Source of the DNA: an uncultured Pelagibacteraceae bacterium
GTDB lineage: Bacteria > Pseudomonadota > Alphaproteobacteria > Pelagibacterales > AG-422-B15
Direction of reading: 5' to 3'
DNA: 64,000 nucleotides
Assembly (NCBI GenBank): GCA_902564295.1
Contig: CACFAO010000001.1
Coordinates: 105,002 to 169,001, forward strand
In this document: piece after piece, positions 1 through 10,009 of the stretch
Layout of the letters: the number at the start of each line of letters is the position of its first letter
Position numbering within the stretch: position 1 is the stretch's first letter
Made by a program: the position numbers and the translations under genes
Notes under the pieces: generated by a model
Seen by the model: only the letters and a program-made list of their open reading frames with translations
The model's database searches: none
What the model was told of the DNA's origin: nothing

Positions 1-641
1 CCATCAGGACAAGTCTCTTTTAATTTTTGTCTAAGATTTTCAGACTTATAGTTGATAGCAGAGTCAATACCTAGTTCATCAACAAGCCATTTACATTTTG
101 CGTCTGAACCTGCAATCCCTATTACTCTGCAACCTTTAATTTTTCCTATTTGACATACAATTGATCCAACAGCACCGGCTGCTGCAGAAACAACTAAAGT
201 TTCGCCAGTTTGTGGATCAGTTATATCAAGCAAACCAAAGTAAGCTGTGAGGCCAGTCATTCCTAGAATACTCATGTAACAATCAAGAGGAAAACCTGTT
301 CCTTGAGGAATTTGCCTTACTCCTTTCCCATCACTTACACAGTATTGCTGCCATCCGCCCATACAGTTCACAATTTCACCTTTTTTAAATTTTTCATTTT
401 TACTCTCTTCGATTATGCCTATTGTACCGCCTCTCATGGTGTCTCCAGTTTGCATCGCATCAACATAAGATTTTTGTCCACTCATCCACCCGCGATTTGC
501 AGGATCCAAAGAAAGATATATGTTCCTGATTAATATTTGACTATCTGAAAGATTGGGAACTTCATTTTCCTCCAAAACTAAGTCACCTTCACTAATTTCA
601 CCAACTGGAAATCTTTTTAAAATCCATTGTTTATTTTTCAT
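1..641 (-). CDS. NADP-dependent oxidoreductase of the medium-chain dehydrogenase/reductase family (CurA/YncB/PTGR1-like); the 3' end lies outside the window
   Basis: This gene is not in the ORF track because it runs off the window edge. My translation of the minus strand from the ATG at 639-641 gives MKNKQWILKRFPVGEISEGDLVLEENEVPNLSDSQILIRNIYLSLDPANRGWM...LTAYFGLLDITDPQTGETLVVSAAAGAVGSIVCQIGKIKGCRVIGIAGS. It has the AAGAVG Rossmann motif typical of this family. Confidence 0.75.
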   Translation of the reverse strand, partial: MKNKQWILKRFPVGEISEGDLVLEENEVPNLSDSQILIRNIYLSLDPANRGWMSGQKSYVDAMQTGDTMRGGTIGIIEESKNEKFKKGEIVNCMGGWQQYCVSDGKGVRQIPQGTGFPLDCYMSILGMTGLTAYFGLLDITDPQTGETLVVSAAAGAVGSIVCQIGKIKGCRVIGIAGSDAKCKWLVDELGIDSAINYKSENLRQKLKETCPD

Positions 642-1092
642 TATTATCTCCAATCATTTTTTTAAGATTCACCTGAGGCATATCAACACTTACACAAGTT
701 GATGTTGAGGTAACAACAGTCCTATTGTTTTGCTCCAATCTACCCTCCAAGAATACAATATTTTTTCCAGATTTCACCACTCGCCCATATCCAATAACTT
801 TCCCCGGTTTAGTTGGATACAAAAAATTTGTTTTCAGTTCTATTGTTGGCGGTCTTTTTTTGAAATGATTTTGAAATATAAAAGCTAATGCAGTTGCATC
901 ATCTACCATTCCACTTACAATACCACCTTGGACGTCACCTGCAGGATTGCAATATTTTTTATCAATATCAAACTCAACTTTGATATTGCCAGCTGTGGTA
1001 TCAACTTCAAGAACGGTCATATTAAAAAGATCGAATAATTTATTCTTATTAAACAGCTTGATGAGTTCAGCATCTGAGATTTTTTCAGTCAT
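631..1092 (-). CDS. PaaI-family hotdog-fold thioesterase
   Basis: 153 aa. The segment NPAGDVQGGIVSGMVDDATALAF matches the PaaI/4HBT class II thioesterase core. Confidence 0.75.
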   Translation of the reverse strand: MTEKISDAELIKLFNKNKLFDLFNMTVLEVDTTAGNIKVEFDIDKKYCNPAGDVQGGIVSGMVDDATALAFIFQNHFKKRPPTIELKTNFLYPTKPGKVIGYGRVVKSGKNIVFLEGRLEQNNRTVVTSTSTCVSVDMPQVNLKKMIGDNNEK

Positions 1093-1097
1093 ATTGA

Positions 1098-1490
1098 TTA
1101 TTCGTTTTCAGGTTTTTCAGGAAATACCATTGGTCCCAATGGTCTTCCCGCGAGTAAATGAAAGTGTAAGTGAGGTACTTCTTGATGCGCATCCTTACCG
1201 GCATTTGCGATGAGCCTGTATCCTCCTCCTCCAACTTTTTCACTTATACCCAACATATCTGCTACGTTTGAAATAGCCCGGTTGAAACCAACTATTTCTT
1301 CGTCCGAGGCATTTGCGCTAAAATCATTTATGTCTATGTATTCCCCTTTTGGAATTACTAAGGCATGTGAAGGTGCTTGAGGACGAATATCTTTGAATGA
1401 CAGGACATATTCATCCTCATATATTTTATCACAAGGTATTTCACCTCTTAAAATCTTAGCAAAAATATTTTCCTTATCATATGACATCAA
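1098..1490 (-). CDS. HIT-family (HinT-like) nucleotide hydrolase
   Basis: 130 aa with the histidine-triad motif HLHFHLL and a typical N-terminus (IFAKILRGEIP). Confidence 0.85.
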   Translation of the reverse strand: MMSYDKENIFAKILRGEIPCDKIYEDEYVLSFKDIRPQAPSHALVIPKGEYIDINDFSANASDEEIVGFNRAISNVADMLGISEKVGGGGYRLIANAGKDAHQEVPHLHFHLLAGRPLGPMVFPEKPENE

Positions 1491-1798
1491 TCTCTAAGTC
1501 CTGTTTTACCCTCTCTTTTTTCTAACTCTTCATAGACTTGATCAGGAGTAATATCAAATTTTTTCAACATGACTAACAAATGATAAATTAGATCTGCCGA
1601 TTCATAAATTATTTGCTCTACATTATCTTCTTCAGCGGCCTCCACGGTTTCAAGTGATTCCTCTTTTAACTTTTCTATACATTTACTTTTACCTTCTGAT
1701 ATAAGTTTTGCCGTATAAGATTTTGAAGGGTCTTCATTAGCATGTGAAATAATTGTATCAAAGAGCCGAGCTAATACATCAACTTTTTTACTGCTCAT
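1487..1798 (-). CDS. hisE: phosphoribosyl-ATP pyrophosphohydrolase
   Basis: 103 aa with a MazG-like helical signature (SYTAKLISEG...ESADLIYHLLVML). It lies in the his cluster downstream of hisF. Confidence 0.85.
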   Translation of the reverse strand: MSSKKVDVLARLFDTIISHANEDPSKSYTAKLISEGKSKCIEKLKEESLETVEAAEEDNVEQIIYESADLIYHLLVMLKKFDITPDQVYEELEKREGKTGLRD

Positions 1799-2082
1799 TC
1801 CACTCCCTCAACAATTGCAAAAATTCTATCTTTTTTGTCTCCCAAGATTTTTTTTGCATTTTGATATTCTTCTGAGTTATAAGCCTGTTTAGCTATTTCA
1901 ATTGTCTCATACTCAACTATGACGTTTCTTTTAAACTCTTTACCTTCCATAGTTGTTTGTTCACCACCCCGTACTAAAAATTTACCATTGTATTTTTTAA
2001 CCGCCTCAGTTGCATGCTCTGCATACAATTTTTGCTTGTCCGGATGTAACACATTGACTTTTACTACCCAATAACCTTTCAT
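1795..2082 (-). CDS. DUF1330-family protein
   Basis: 95 aa. The pattern MKGYWVV...KYNGKFLVRGG...VIVEYETIEIAKQAYNSEEYQ is typical of DUF1330. It has 4-nt overlaps with its neighbours. Confidence 0.7.
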   Translation of the reverse strand: MKGYWVVKVNVLHPDKQKLYAEHATEAVKKYNGKFLVRGGEQTTMEGKEFKRNVIVEYETIEIAKQAYNSEEYQNAKKILGDKKDRIFAIVEGVE

Positions 2083-2084
2083 AA

Positions 2085-2843
2085 TTAAATCCTAACTGCT
2101 ATATTTTGTTCAGCAAGATATGTTTTTACATCTTTAATACTATATTCTCCGAAATGAAAAATAGAAGCAGCTAATAGAGCGCTAGCTCCCCCTTTTAATA
2201 CCCCTTCAACAAAGTGCTCGAGGTTTCCAACACCACCTGAAGCTATAACAGGGATATCAATAGAGGATGAGACAGTACTCAATAATTCATTATCAAATCC
2301 TATTTTTGTTCCATCTCTGTCCATTGAAGTTAATAATATCTCACCAGCTCCTAAATTAGCTACTTCAATACAATATTCTAATGCATCAATATCTGTGGAC
2401 TTTCTTCCACCATGGGTAAATATATTCCAACTTTTATCTCCATTTTTTTTTGCATCTACTGCTATAACTAATGTTGAGGAACCATATTTCTTTGCTGCTT
2501 TTGCAACCAGGTCAATGTTTTCAACTGCAGCTGTATTTATAGACACTTTATCAGCTCCATGGTGAAGCAAACGAGATATATCATCAATGGTCCTGACACC
2601 TCCACCTACAGTAAGTGGTATGAAACAATTTTCAGCAGTTTTTTTTACAACTTCAAAGAGGGTTTCTCTATCGTCACTTGATGCAGTTATATCTAGAAAG
2701 CAAAGTTCATCAGCTCCCTCAGAATTATAGATTTTTGCTTGTTCAACAGGATCTCCAGCATCAACTAAGTCAACAAAATTGACGCCTTTGACAACTCTCC
2801 CTCGATCAACATCTAAACAGGGTATGATTCTTTTTTTTAGCAT
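2085..2843 (-). CDS. hisF: imidazole glycerol phosphate synthase, cyclase subunit
   Basis: 252 aa. [17 protein letters not shown] and ASGGVG are HisF hallmarks. Confidence 0.95.
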   Translation of the reverse strand: MLKKRIIPCLDVDRGRVVKGVNFVDLVDAGDPVEQAKIYNSEGADELCFLDITASSDDRETLFEVVKKTAENCFIPLTVGGGVRTIDDISRLLHHGADKVSINTAAVENIDLVAKAAKKYGSSTLVIAVDAKKNGDKSWNIFTHGGRKSTDIDALEYCIEVANLGAGEILLTSMDRDGTKIGFDNELLSTVSSSIDIPVIASGGVGNLEHFVEGVLKGGASALLAASIFHFGEYSIKDVKTYLAEQNIAVRI

Positions 2844-2844
2844 T

Positions 2845-3567
2845 CTATCTAACTATCTTTAATGCCTCAACAATATCAATATTTTTGTCATAAATTGCTT
2901 TACCTACAATTACACCTTTTATTTGTGAGTAATTTTTTTTCTTTAGGTTAATAAGGTCCGAAATATTTGATACCCCGCCTGATGCAACACAGTCAATTTT
3001 TGTTTGAACCATTACATTTTCTAGCATTTCAAAGTTAATTCCTTGCTTCATACCATCCCTCATAACGTCAGTAATTATTATTGAGTTGATATTAAGATCT
3101 TCAATACTTTTTAAGAAATCAGAAATTTGTAAATCTTTTACCTCACTCCAACCTTTTGTAGCAATTTGGTTTTGCTTAATGTCGAGAGCAATTGAAATTC
3201 TATTAGGATAATTGCAAACTGATTTCTCAAAAAAAGTTTTATTTTCAAACGCTGATGTTCCGATAATAACATTATTAACACCAATATTAATGAGTCTTTC
3301 AACTCTTTCTATATTCCTTACTCCGCCACCGAACTGAATCTCAAGATTTGTATTTTTTTTTATTTGCTCAATAGATTTAATATTTTCAAAATTGCCCTTA
3401 AGCGCACCATCTAGGTCGACGCAATGCAAATATTCCACTCCAGAGTCTTCAAAGATTTTAGCCTGTTCTAACGGTGACTCGTTGTATGTTGTAGATTGTT
3501 TAAAATCACCTTGTATTAATCTTACACATTTACCGTCTTTTAAATCAATTGCTGGAAATAAAATCAT
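2845..3567 (-). CDS. hisA: 1-(5-phosphoribosyl)-5-[(5-phosphoribosylamino)methylideneamino]imidazole-4-carboxamide isomerase
   Basis: The HisA pattern [16 protein letters not shown] is present. I prefer the ATG at 3565-3567 (MILFPAID), which forms an ATGA overlap with the hisH stop, over the track start at 3579. Confidence 0.92.
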   Translation of the reverse strand: MILFPAIDLKDGKCVRLIQGDFKQSTTYNESPLEQAKIFEDSGVEYLHCVDLDGALKGNFENIKSIEQIKKNTNLEIQFGGGVRNIERVERLINIGVNNVIIGTSAFENKTFFEKSVCNYPNRISIALDIKQNQIATKGWSEVKDLQISDFLKSIEDLNINSIIITDVMRDGMKQGINFEMLENVMVQTKIDCVASGGVSNISDLINLKKKNYSQIKGVIVGKAIYDKNIDIVEALKIVR

Positions 3568-4202
3568 GAAGGTTCCCACAAGAGAAAGTTTGTAATTATT
3601 TGTTTTCCGTTATTATGACTTTTTTCTGGATGAAATTGTGTACCATAAATATTTTCCTTGAGTACTGCTGCAGTAATTGGATTTGGATATTTTGTAGTTG
3701 CAATACAATTTTCATTTTTTTGAGTTCTAAAGTAGTAACTATGCACAAAATAAAAATCAGTATTTTGTGAAATATTATTCAATAATTCATGATTGCGAAA
3801 AGTGACTTCATTCCATCCCATGTGTGGAATTTTATAATCAACTGGAGCCTCGATCTTGATTACTTCTCCGGGTATCCATCCAAAGCCCTCACATTCACCA
3901 AATTCTAAAGATTTTTCTGCTAGTAATTGCATTCCAACACAAATGCCCATAAAAGCTTTTTTTTCGCCAATTACCACTTGTTCAAGACTTTCAAATAGAC
4001 CGTCTATTTTGTGAATTGCATTCTTACAGTCTTGAAAAGCTCCTACTCCAGGAAGAACTAATTTATCGGCGTTTAATATTTCAGATGGTGTGTTTGTAAC
4101 AATAATTTCATATGGATTTTCTAAGTTATTGTTTACGGCTTCAAATGCCTTGTGTACTGAATGTAAATTTCCTGAGCCATAGTTGATAATTACTAACTTC
4201 AT
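3564..4202 (-). CDS. hisH: imidazole glycerol phosphate synthase, glutamine amidotransferase subunit
   Basis: 212 aa with GNLHSV, LPGVGAF, the GICVGMQ catalytic Cys and FHPEKS. Confidence 0.93.
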   Translation of the reverse strand: MKLVIINYGSGNLHSVHKAFEAVNNNLENPYEIIVTNTPSEILNADKLVLPGVGAFQDCKNAIHKIDGLFESLEQVVIGEKKAFMGICVGMQLLAEKSLEFGECEGFGWIPGEVIKIEAPVDYKIPHMGWNEVTFRNHELLNNISQNTDFYFVHSYYFRTQKNENCIATTKYPNPITAAVLKENIYGTQFHPEKSHNNGKQIITNFLLWEPS

Positions 4203-4657
4203 TTATTCATTTGTTTAATAGTATCAACAACTTCCTCTACATGATTATTTACTTTCACTTTTCTCCAAACCTTTACGACCTTGCCTTTCATAATGAGAAA
4301 TGTAGATCTATCTATGCCCTTGTACGTTCTGCCATACATACTTTTTTTAATCCATACACCAAATTTTTCACAGATTTTATCACTCTCATCAGAAAGAAGG
4401 TCAAATTTTAATTTATATTTTTCAGCAAATTTATTTTGTTTTTGAACGGTATCTTTGGATATACCATAAACTCTTACCTTTAGATTATTTAACTTCCGAA
4501 GGTTGCTTTGGAAATCACAAGACTCTTTTGTACAACCTGGAGTATCCGCTTTAGGATAAAAATAAATTACCGTGTCCTCTTTTGTAGGAAATTTAACTTC
4601 TTCATCTTTCTGATTTTTAAGTTTAAATGAAGGTAGCTTTTGGCCTTCTTTAATCAT
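4199..4657 (-). CDS. bcp: thiol peroxidase / peroxiredoxin, Bcp type
   Basis: 152 aa. YFYPKADTPGCTKESCDF is the Bcp/PrxQ active-site motif. Confidence 0.85.
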   Translation of the reverse strand: MIKEGQKLPSFKLKNQKDEEVKFPTKEDTVIYFYPKADTPGCTKESCDFQSNLRKLNNLKVRVYGISKDTVQKQNKFAEKYKLKFDLLSDESDKICEKFGVWIKKSMYGRTYKGIDRSTFLIMKGKVVKVWRKVKVNNHVEEVVDTIKQMNK

Positions 4658-4659
4658 TA

Positions 4660-5259
4660 TTAAAGTTGTCCTTTGGTAGAAGGAATGTTCATTCCCTCTC
4701 GCTCGTTAATCGCAACAGCATTTCTTAAACTTCTTGCCAAGGCCTTAAAGCAAGACTCAATTATATGATGGTTATTTTCTCCATAAATATTTTCCACATG
4801 TAATGTTGTTCCACTTGCTTGTGCAAAAGCTTGGAACCATTCTTTAAATAATTCAGTATCAAAGTCACCTTGAGAAGATGTTATCTTTGGAGCACTAAAT
4901 TTTACTTTCCAAATTAAATAAGGTCTATTTGATAGATCAAGCGCAACTCTTGATAACGTTTCATCCATGGGAATATATGAGTGCGCATAACGTGTAATAC
5001 CTTGTCGATTACCTAATGCTTTTGATAAACATTCGCCAATTGCAATACCTGTATCCTCAGTTGTATGGTGATAATCAATGTGAGTATCTCCTGTAGCTTT
5101 TATCTTCATATCAATCAGTGAGTGCTTTGAAAGTTGTTCAAGCATGTGGTCAAGAAATCCTATGCCAGTCTTGATATCGTACTTACCTGTTCCGTCGATA
5201 TTAATATCGACAGAGATAGAGGTTTCTTTCGTGTCTCTTTTATACTCTGCTGTTCTCAT
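4660..5259 (-). CDS. hisB: imidazoleglycerol-phosphate dehydratase
   Basis: 199 aa with [27 protein letters not shown] and NNHHIIES. Confidence 0.95.
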   Translation of the reverse strand: MRTAEYKRDTKETSISVDINIDGTGKYDIKTGIGFLDHMLEQLSKHSLIDMKIKATGDTHIDYHHTTEDTGIAIGECLSKALGNRQGITRYAHSYIPMDETLSRVALDLSNRPYLIWKVKFSAPKITSSQGDFDTELFKEWFQAFAQASGTTLHVENIYGENNHHIIESCFKALARSLRNAVAINEREGMNIPSTKGQL

Positions 5260-5374
5260 AACAAAATCCAGTCGGTTTCTATCAATAAATCACTGAATTA
5301 TCTATAAAAAATGTAATTTTTAATGAAAAGTCAGGGCTTGAAGTTAATAAATAAATAGCCACATAACATACAAC

Positions 5375-5926
5375 ATGGAAAATCAACAAAGTCAATCATG
5401 GCACGGCACAACCATTATTAGTGTAAGAAAAGGCAATCAGGTTGTTGTCGCGGGAGACGGACAAGTTAGTCTTGGAAATACTGTCATTAAAGGCACTGCC
5501 CAAAAGGTTAGAAAAATAGGTGATGGTAGTGTTATCGCTGGTTTTGCCGGAGCAACTGCAGATGCATTTACTTTATTTGAAAGACTGGAAGCGAAACTAG
5601 AAAAGCATCCTAAACAGCTTACCAGAGCATGTGTTGAACTGGCGAAAGATTGGCGTACCGACAAATATTTAAGGCGCCTAGAAGCACTTCTTACAGTTGC
5701 AGACTCTTCTACATCGCTTCTAATTACTGGAATGGGTGATGTGTTAGACCCTGAAGGGTCAATTATTGGAATTGGTAGCGGTGGTAATTATGCACTATCC
5801 GCTGCTAAAGCGCTGATTGATACTAATCTTACCGCTGAAGAAATTGCTTTAAAGTCACTAAAAATTGCTGGCGAAATTTGTGTTTTCACAAACAGCAATG
5901 TTACACTTGAAAAAATTGAGTATTAG
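5375..5926 (+). CDS. hslV: ATP-dependent protease subunit HslV
   Basis: 183 aa. [11 protein letters not shown] supplies the N-terminal Thr nucleophile context, and [11 protein letters not shown] is present. Confidence 0.95.
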   Translation: MENQQSQSWHGTTIISVRKGNQVVVAGDGQVSLGNTVIKGTAQKVRKIGDGSVIAGFAGATADAFTLFERLEAKLEKHPKQLTRACVELAKDWRTDKYLRRLEALLTVADSSTSLLITGMGDVLDPEGSIIGIGSGGNYALSAAKALIDTNLTAEEIALKSLKIAGEICVFTNSNVTLEKIEY

Positions 5927-5929
5927 ATA

Positions 5930-7234
5930 ATGCAAGCATTTTCACCAAGGGAAATTGTTTCCGAACTTGATAGATATATTATTGGCCAAGATGATGCAAA
6001 AAAATCTGTAGCCATAGCATTAAGGAATCGTTGGCGACGTCAGCAATTACCAGAAGATATGAGAGAAGAGGTTCTTCCAAAAAATATTTTAATGATTGGT
6101 CCTACTGGAATTGGTAAAACTGAAATTTCTAGAAGGCTCTCAAAATTAGCGCAAGCTCCGTTTATAAAAGTTGAAGCAACAAAATTTACAGAAGTTGGGT
6201 ATGTAGGTAGAGATGTGGAATCTATTGTTCGTGATTTGATTGAAATAGCAATTACAATGGTTCGTGAAATAAAGAGAAAAGAAGTAAAAGCAAAAGCACA
6301 ATTAGCTGCTGAAGAACGTGTGTTAGACGCTTTAGTTGGACCAGGTTCAGGGCCTGCTACAAGAGAAAGTTTCAGAAAAAAACTTAGAAATAATGAACTC
6401 AATGAAAAAGAAATTGAAATAGCTGTTCAAGATACAGGATCATTTCCAACAATTGACCTTCAAGGTGGACAAGGTGCTGGTATAGGAATGATAAATCTAA
6501 ACGACATGCTTGGTAAAGCTATGGGACCAAAAACTAAAAAGAAGAAAACAACAGTTGCGGACTCATATGAGATACTAGTAAACGAAGAGTCCGATAAGTT
6601 AATTGATACTGATCACATTGTGAATGAGGCAAAAAAAGCAGTCGAAGACAATGGCATTGTATTTATTGATGAAATAGACAAAGTTTGCGCAAGAAGTGAA
6701 AGGGTTGGTGGTGATGTTTCAAGGGAAGGTGTTCAAAGAGATTTGTTACCTTTAATTGAGGGAACAACAGTTAACACTAAACACGGAACAATCAAAACTG
6801 ATCACATACTTTTTATAGCTTCTGGAGCCTTTCAACTGTCAAAACCATCTGATCTATTGCCAGAATTACAGGGCAGATTGCCAATAAGGGTCAATCTCAA
6901 AGCACTTTCACAAGAGGACTTTAAACGTATCCTAACAGAACCCAAATATAGCTTGATAAAACAGTATGAGGCACTGATGGGTACTGAAGATGTAAAAATC
7001 AGTTTCAGCGAGGACGGAATAGATGCCATAGCAACCTTAGCTGTGGATATAAACTCAACCATTGAAAATATTGGTGCTCGCCGTTTGCATACCATTCTTG
7101 AGAGAGTACTAGAAGATATTAGTTTCTCAGCGGCAGATAAAGGTGGAGAAAAAATTACAATTGATGCAAACTACGTTAAAGATAATGTGAATGAGTTATC
7201 TAAAGATACTGATCTTTCTAAATTCATTCTCTAA
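5930..7234 (+). CDS. hslU: ATP-dependent protease ATPase subunit HslU
   Basis: 434 aa with a Walker A motif ([10 protein letters not shown]), Walker B motif (VFIDEIDK) and the HslU I-domain. Confidence 0.96.
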   Translation: MQAFSPREIVSELDRYIIGQDDAKKSVAIALRNRWRRQQLPEDMREEVLPKNILMIGPTGIGKTEISRRLSKLAQAPFIKVEATKFTEVGYVGRDVESIVRDLIEIAITMVREIKRKEVKAKAQLAAEERVLDALVGPGSGPATRESFRKKLRNNELNEKEIEIAVQDTGSFPTIDLQGGQGAGIGMINLNDMLGKAMGPKTKKKKTTVADSYEILVNEESDKLIDTDHIVNEAKKAVEDNGIVFIDEIDKVCARSERVGGDVSREGVQRDLLPLIEGTTVNTKHGTIKTDHILFIASGAFQLSKPSDLLPELQGRLPIRVNLKALSQEDFKRILTEPKYSLIKQYEALMGTEDVKISFSEDGIDAIATLAVDINSTIENIGARRLHTILERVLEDISFSAADKGGEKITIDANYVKDNVNELSKDTDLSKFIL

Positions 7235-7239
7235 TTTTT

Positions 7240-7668
7240 ATGTCACTAAAAACAAAAAAGACTCATTTAAACAAGATAAAGGTTCGTTACTCAGAAGTTG
7301 ACTGTCAGAGAATAGTTTATAATTCACATTATTTGACATATTTTGATATTTCTCTCAGTGAGATGCTCGAAGACTGTTTTGATCAGGATGAATATGTAAA
7401 ACAGACTAATAACGATTTTCACACAGTTAGTGTGCAAATGAATTTTAAAAGTCCTGCAAGATTAAATGATCAACTCGAAGTTTACACAGGAATAAAAAAA
7501 CTTGGAAACTCGAGTATGACTTTTACACAAGAAGTTTATAGATCTGGATCCGATGAAATTATAAATGAAGCAGTTATTACTTGGGTTAACACAGACCAAA
7601 AAAGTATGAAGTCTTCTAAAATTCAAGATAATATAAAAGAAAAGTTAAATAAGTATTTGATAGATTAA
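7240..7668 (+). CDS. acyl-CoA thioesterase, YbgC/4HBT family
   Basis: 142 aa. KVRYSEVDCQRIVYNSHYLTYFD matches the 4HBT catalytic region. Confidence 0.75.
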   Translation: MSLKTKKTHLNKIKVRYSEVDCQRIVYNSHYLTYFDISLSEMLEDCFDQDEYVKQTNNDFHTVSVQMNFKSPARLNDQLEVYTGIKKLGNSSMTFTQEVYRSGSDEIINEAVITWVNTDQKSMKSSKIQDNIKEKLNKYLID

Positions 7669-8279
7669 TCAGAGGTCGCCGTTAATAACCAATTAGAAGT
7701 TTTTTTATCTTTTATTTTTTCAAAAGTCCAAACATCTGTAATTTTTTGCACCTGATTAAGACTGCCTGAAATTACTTCATCTTTACTATTTTTAATACAT
7801 GTAATCATTTCAGAAATAAATCTCACTGTTACTTCCATAGGATTTTTTTTCAGGTCTTTGTGAACAATTTCAGATTTTTCTATACCTATAAAATTAAATT
7901 CTACGGTTTCATTTTTACTATTTCGTTCATCTATTACTGACGTAAAGCTATTTAATACCTCACTAGATAACAAGGACTTAAGGGCATCTTTATTACCATT
8001 TTCAAAATTTGTGACGATCGTTTCATACGCATTTGATGCACCGCGTAAAAAATCGTCTTTATCAAACCAACCGTCTTCTCTTGAACCTGAAGAAACTTTT
8101 GGTTCGATAGTTACAATTTTTTCTTCTGAAGATTGTTGAGGAGTTTCATAGTTATATGAAGTTTTATCTGTTTTCTCATGGCCGGTTCGTCTTCCAAGCA
8201 CACTTCTAAGTCGCAAAAGAACTATTCCTGCTATTATAGCTAGAATTAGAATGTCAATATATTGAAATGCTTCACTCAT
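7665..8279 (-). CDS. Tim44-like domain membrane protein
   Basis: 204 aa with an N-terminal TM helix and a C-terminal Tim44-like fold pattern (FLRGASNAYETIV...ITDVWTFE). It sits in the conserved alphaproteobacterial position beside secB. Confidence 0.7.
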   Translation of the reverse strand: MSEAFQYIDILILAIIAGIVLLRLRSVLGRRTGHEKTDKTSYNYETPQQSSEEKIVTIEPKVSSGSREDGWFDKDDFLRGASNAYETIVTNFENGNKDALKSLLSSEVLNSFTSVIDERNSKNETVEFNFIGIEKSEIVHKDLKKNPMEVTVRFISEMITCIKNSKDEVISGSLNQVQKITDVWTFEKIKDKKTSNWLLTATSD

Positions 8280-8346
8280 ATAGTTAAATATTATAGAGTC
8301 CTTATTTAGGTATTTAAACTAAACTTTCAACAATTACTTACATATT

Positions 8347-8775
8347 TTGTTTTTATTTATCGCACTTTTTATACTTATCCCAATCATTGAAATTAGTTTA
8401 TTTATTGAAATTGGGAGCATTATTGGATCGTTCTACACCATAATCCTTATATTCGTCACTGCAATTGTAGGTGTATTTTTTGTCCGTCAACAAGGAATAA
8501 GTACATTTCAAAAGTTAACATCTCAATTGCAAAATTTAGAAACACCTGTTCAGACGATGTTTGAAGGGCTGGTCATTCTTATCTCTGGTATTCTTTTAAT
8601 TACTCCTGGATTTTTTACTGATGCTTTAGGTTTTCTAGGATTGATACCATTCTCTAGAATAATTTTCATAAAGTTAGTAGCAAGTTACATTCTTTCTAGA
8701 TATGGTAAGCGAAGTAATCAAAATGAAAATACTATTGAAGGTGAATTCATTGATATAGATGAAGAGGAAAAATAA
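8347..8775 (+). CDS. fxsA: FxsA-family cytoplasmic membrane protein
   Basis: 142 aa. LFILIPIIEISLFIEIGSIIG...ITPGFFTDALGF is typical of FxsA. It uses a TTG start, per the ORF track. Confidence 0.75.
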   Translation: MFLFIALFILIPIIEISLFIEIGSIIGSFYTIILIFVTAIVGVFFVRQQGISTFQKLTSQLQNLETPVQTMFEGLVILISGILLITPGFFTDALGFLGLIPFSRIIFIKLVASYILSRYGKRSNQNENTIEGEFIDIDEEEK

Positions 8776-8777
8776 TA

Positions 8778-9200
8778 GTGGATGTAAAAACGAAAATTAT
8801 CACACAATTTGTTAGAGACTTATCATTTGAAAATCCTAATGGGCCAGGATCATTTCAAACAGGTAGCGATAGGCCCACTATTAATGCAAATGTTGATGTC
8901 AAAGCACAAAATAGAAAAGATACCAATATTTATGAAGTTGAACTGAACGTAAGTGTAAATGCTTCACGCGCAGATCAGAGTTTGTATATCGTGGATCTAA
9001 AGTACGTTGGAATATTTGAAATTGAAAATCTCACTGACGATGTTAAAGAAGCTTACTTACTAGTAGAATGTCCAAGACAACTTTTTCCATTTGCAAGAAG
9101 AATTATTTACGACTTGCACACTGACGGTGCATTGCCACCACTTATGTTAGACCCTGTGAACTTTGCTGAACTTTATAAAAAGAAAACAAGTAATAATTAA
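8778..9200 (+). CDS. secB: protein-export chaperone SecB
   Basis: 140 aa with a SecB-like pattern (IKDLSFENP..., VECPRQLFPFARRII, P..LDPVNFAELY). It uses a GTG start. Confidence 0.85.
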   Translation: MDVKTKIITQFVRDLSFENPNGPGSFQTGSDRPTINANVDVKAQNRKDTNIYEVELNVSVNASRADQSLYIVDLKYVGIFEIENLTDDVKEAYLLVECPRQLFPFARRIIYDLHTDGALPPLMLDPVNFAELYKKKTSNN

Positions 9201-10009
9201 TAGCGAATCAATTTAGGTTCACCATCCACAATTTCAAAAACTGGCTCAACATTAGGTATGTCACTTTTATTTTTGTTGTTCATAGTAGACAGAAGCTCAG
9301 CAGTATCAGTGAAACCACAAATCATCTCAAGATTTTTTATTGTTGGCATAATCATAGGAAAATTTCCAGATTTACTCTCTTGAAGGGCTTCTTCAGGATT
9401 AATCCATTTGCTTTCAACTCCCTCCACTCCATCGTGTACAGCTACCTGGTCGGTCGTACGGGCTATAAAAAATCTAGTGCTGTATCTTCTTTTCTCTATT
9501 TTTGGAGTAACCCAGTGTGAAATATATGCAAGTTCATTTGTTGCTAATTCTAGATTTAAAGTATCTATCATTTGATAAAAAATATTTTCACCTTGTAAAA
9601 TTTTGCTTTTGTATTGATCTATTATTGTAAGATCATCCTTATTGAGAACGGTATTTTTTAAATTTACTCCCTTTTTATTCGCAAGAAGAATTCCACTTTC
9701 CTCAAAGCACTCCCTGATACATGCAGCCCAATATGAAAGGCCATTTTTTTTTAATCCAAGCCTTTCGGATGCCAAGGCATCATCAAGATGAGGGCTGTAT
9801 TTTAAATAATTATTTGAGATATCTTCATTATCAATTTTACCCCCTGGAAATACCCATACACCGCCAAAATTTGTTTTCATCGATCTTTTAATCATAAACA
9901 CTTCTATCCGCTGGCTGGTGTCTCGTATAAGCAATACTGATGCAGCTGGAGTAGGTACTTTTTGATAATCGCCGTTATCACTAGGAATATGATTAATTTT
10001 GTTATTCAC
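9197..10009 (-). CDS. NUDIX-family hydrolase (atypical Nudix box)
   Basis: 270 aa. It has PGGKIDNE and, further on, RECFEESGI, but the two halves of the Nudix box are separated by a long insert (see findings). Confidence 0.65.
   Translation of the reverse strand: MNNKINHIPSDNGDYQKVPTPAASVLLIRDTSQRIEVFMIKRSMKTNFGGVWVFPGGKIDNEDISNNYLKYSPHLDDALASERLGLKKNGLSYWAACIRECFEESGILLANKKGVNLKNTVLNKDDLTIIDQYKSKILQGENIFYQMIDTLNLELATNELAYISHWVTPKIEKRRYSTRFFIARTTDQVAVHDGVEGVESKWINPEEALQESKSGNFPMIMPTIKNLEMICGFTDTAELLSTMNNKNKSDIPNVEPVFEIVDGEPKLIRY

Noticed and set aside
5337-5366. A possible sigma-32 (heat-shock) promoter for hslVU: CTTGAA at 5337-5342, followed 16 nt later by CCACATAA.
   Set aside because: Only the -35-like hexamer matches well. 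The -10-like element is a weak match to CCCCATNT, and it ends just 8 nt before the hslV ATG, leaving essentially no leader. I cannot support it as a feature without transcription-start data.
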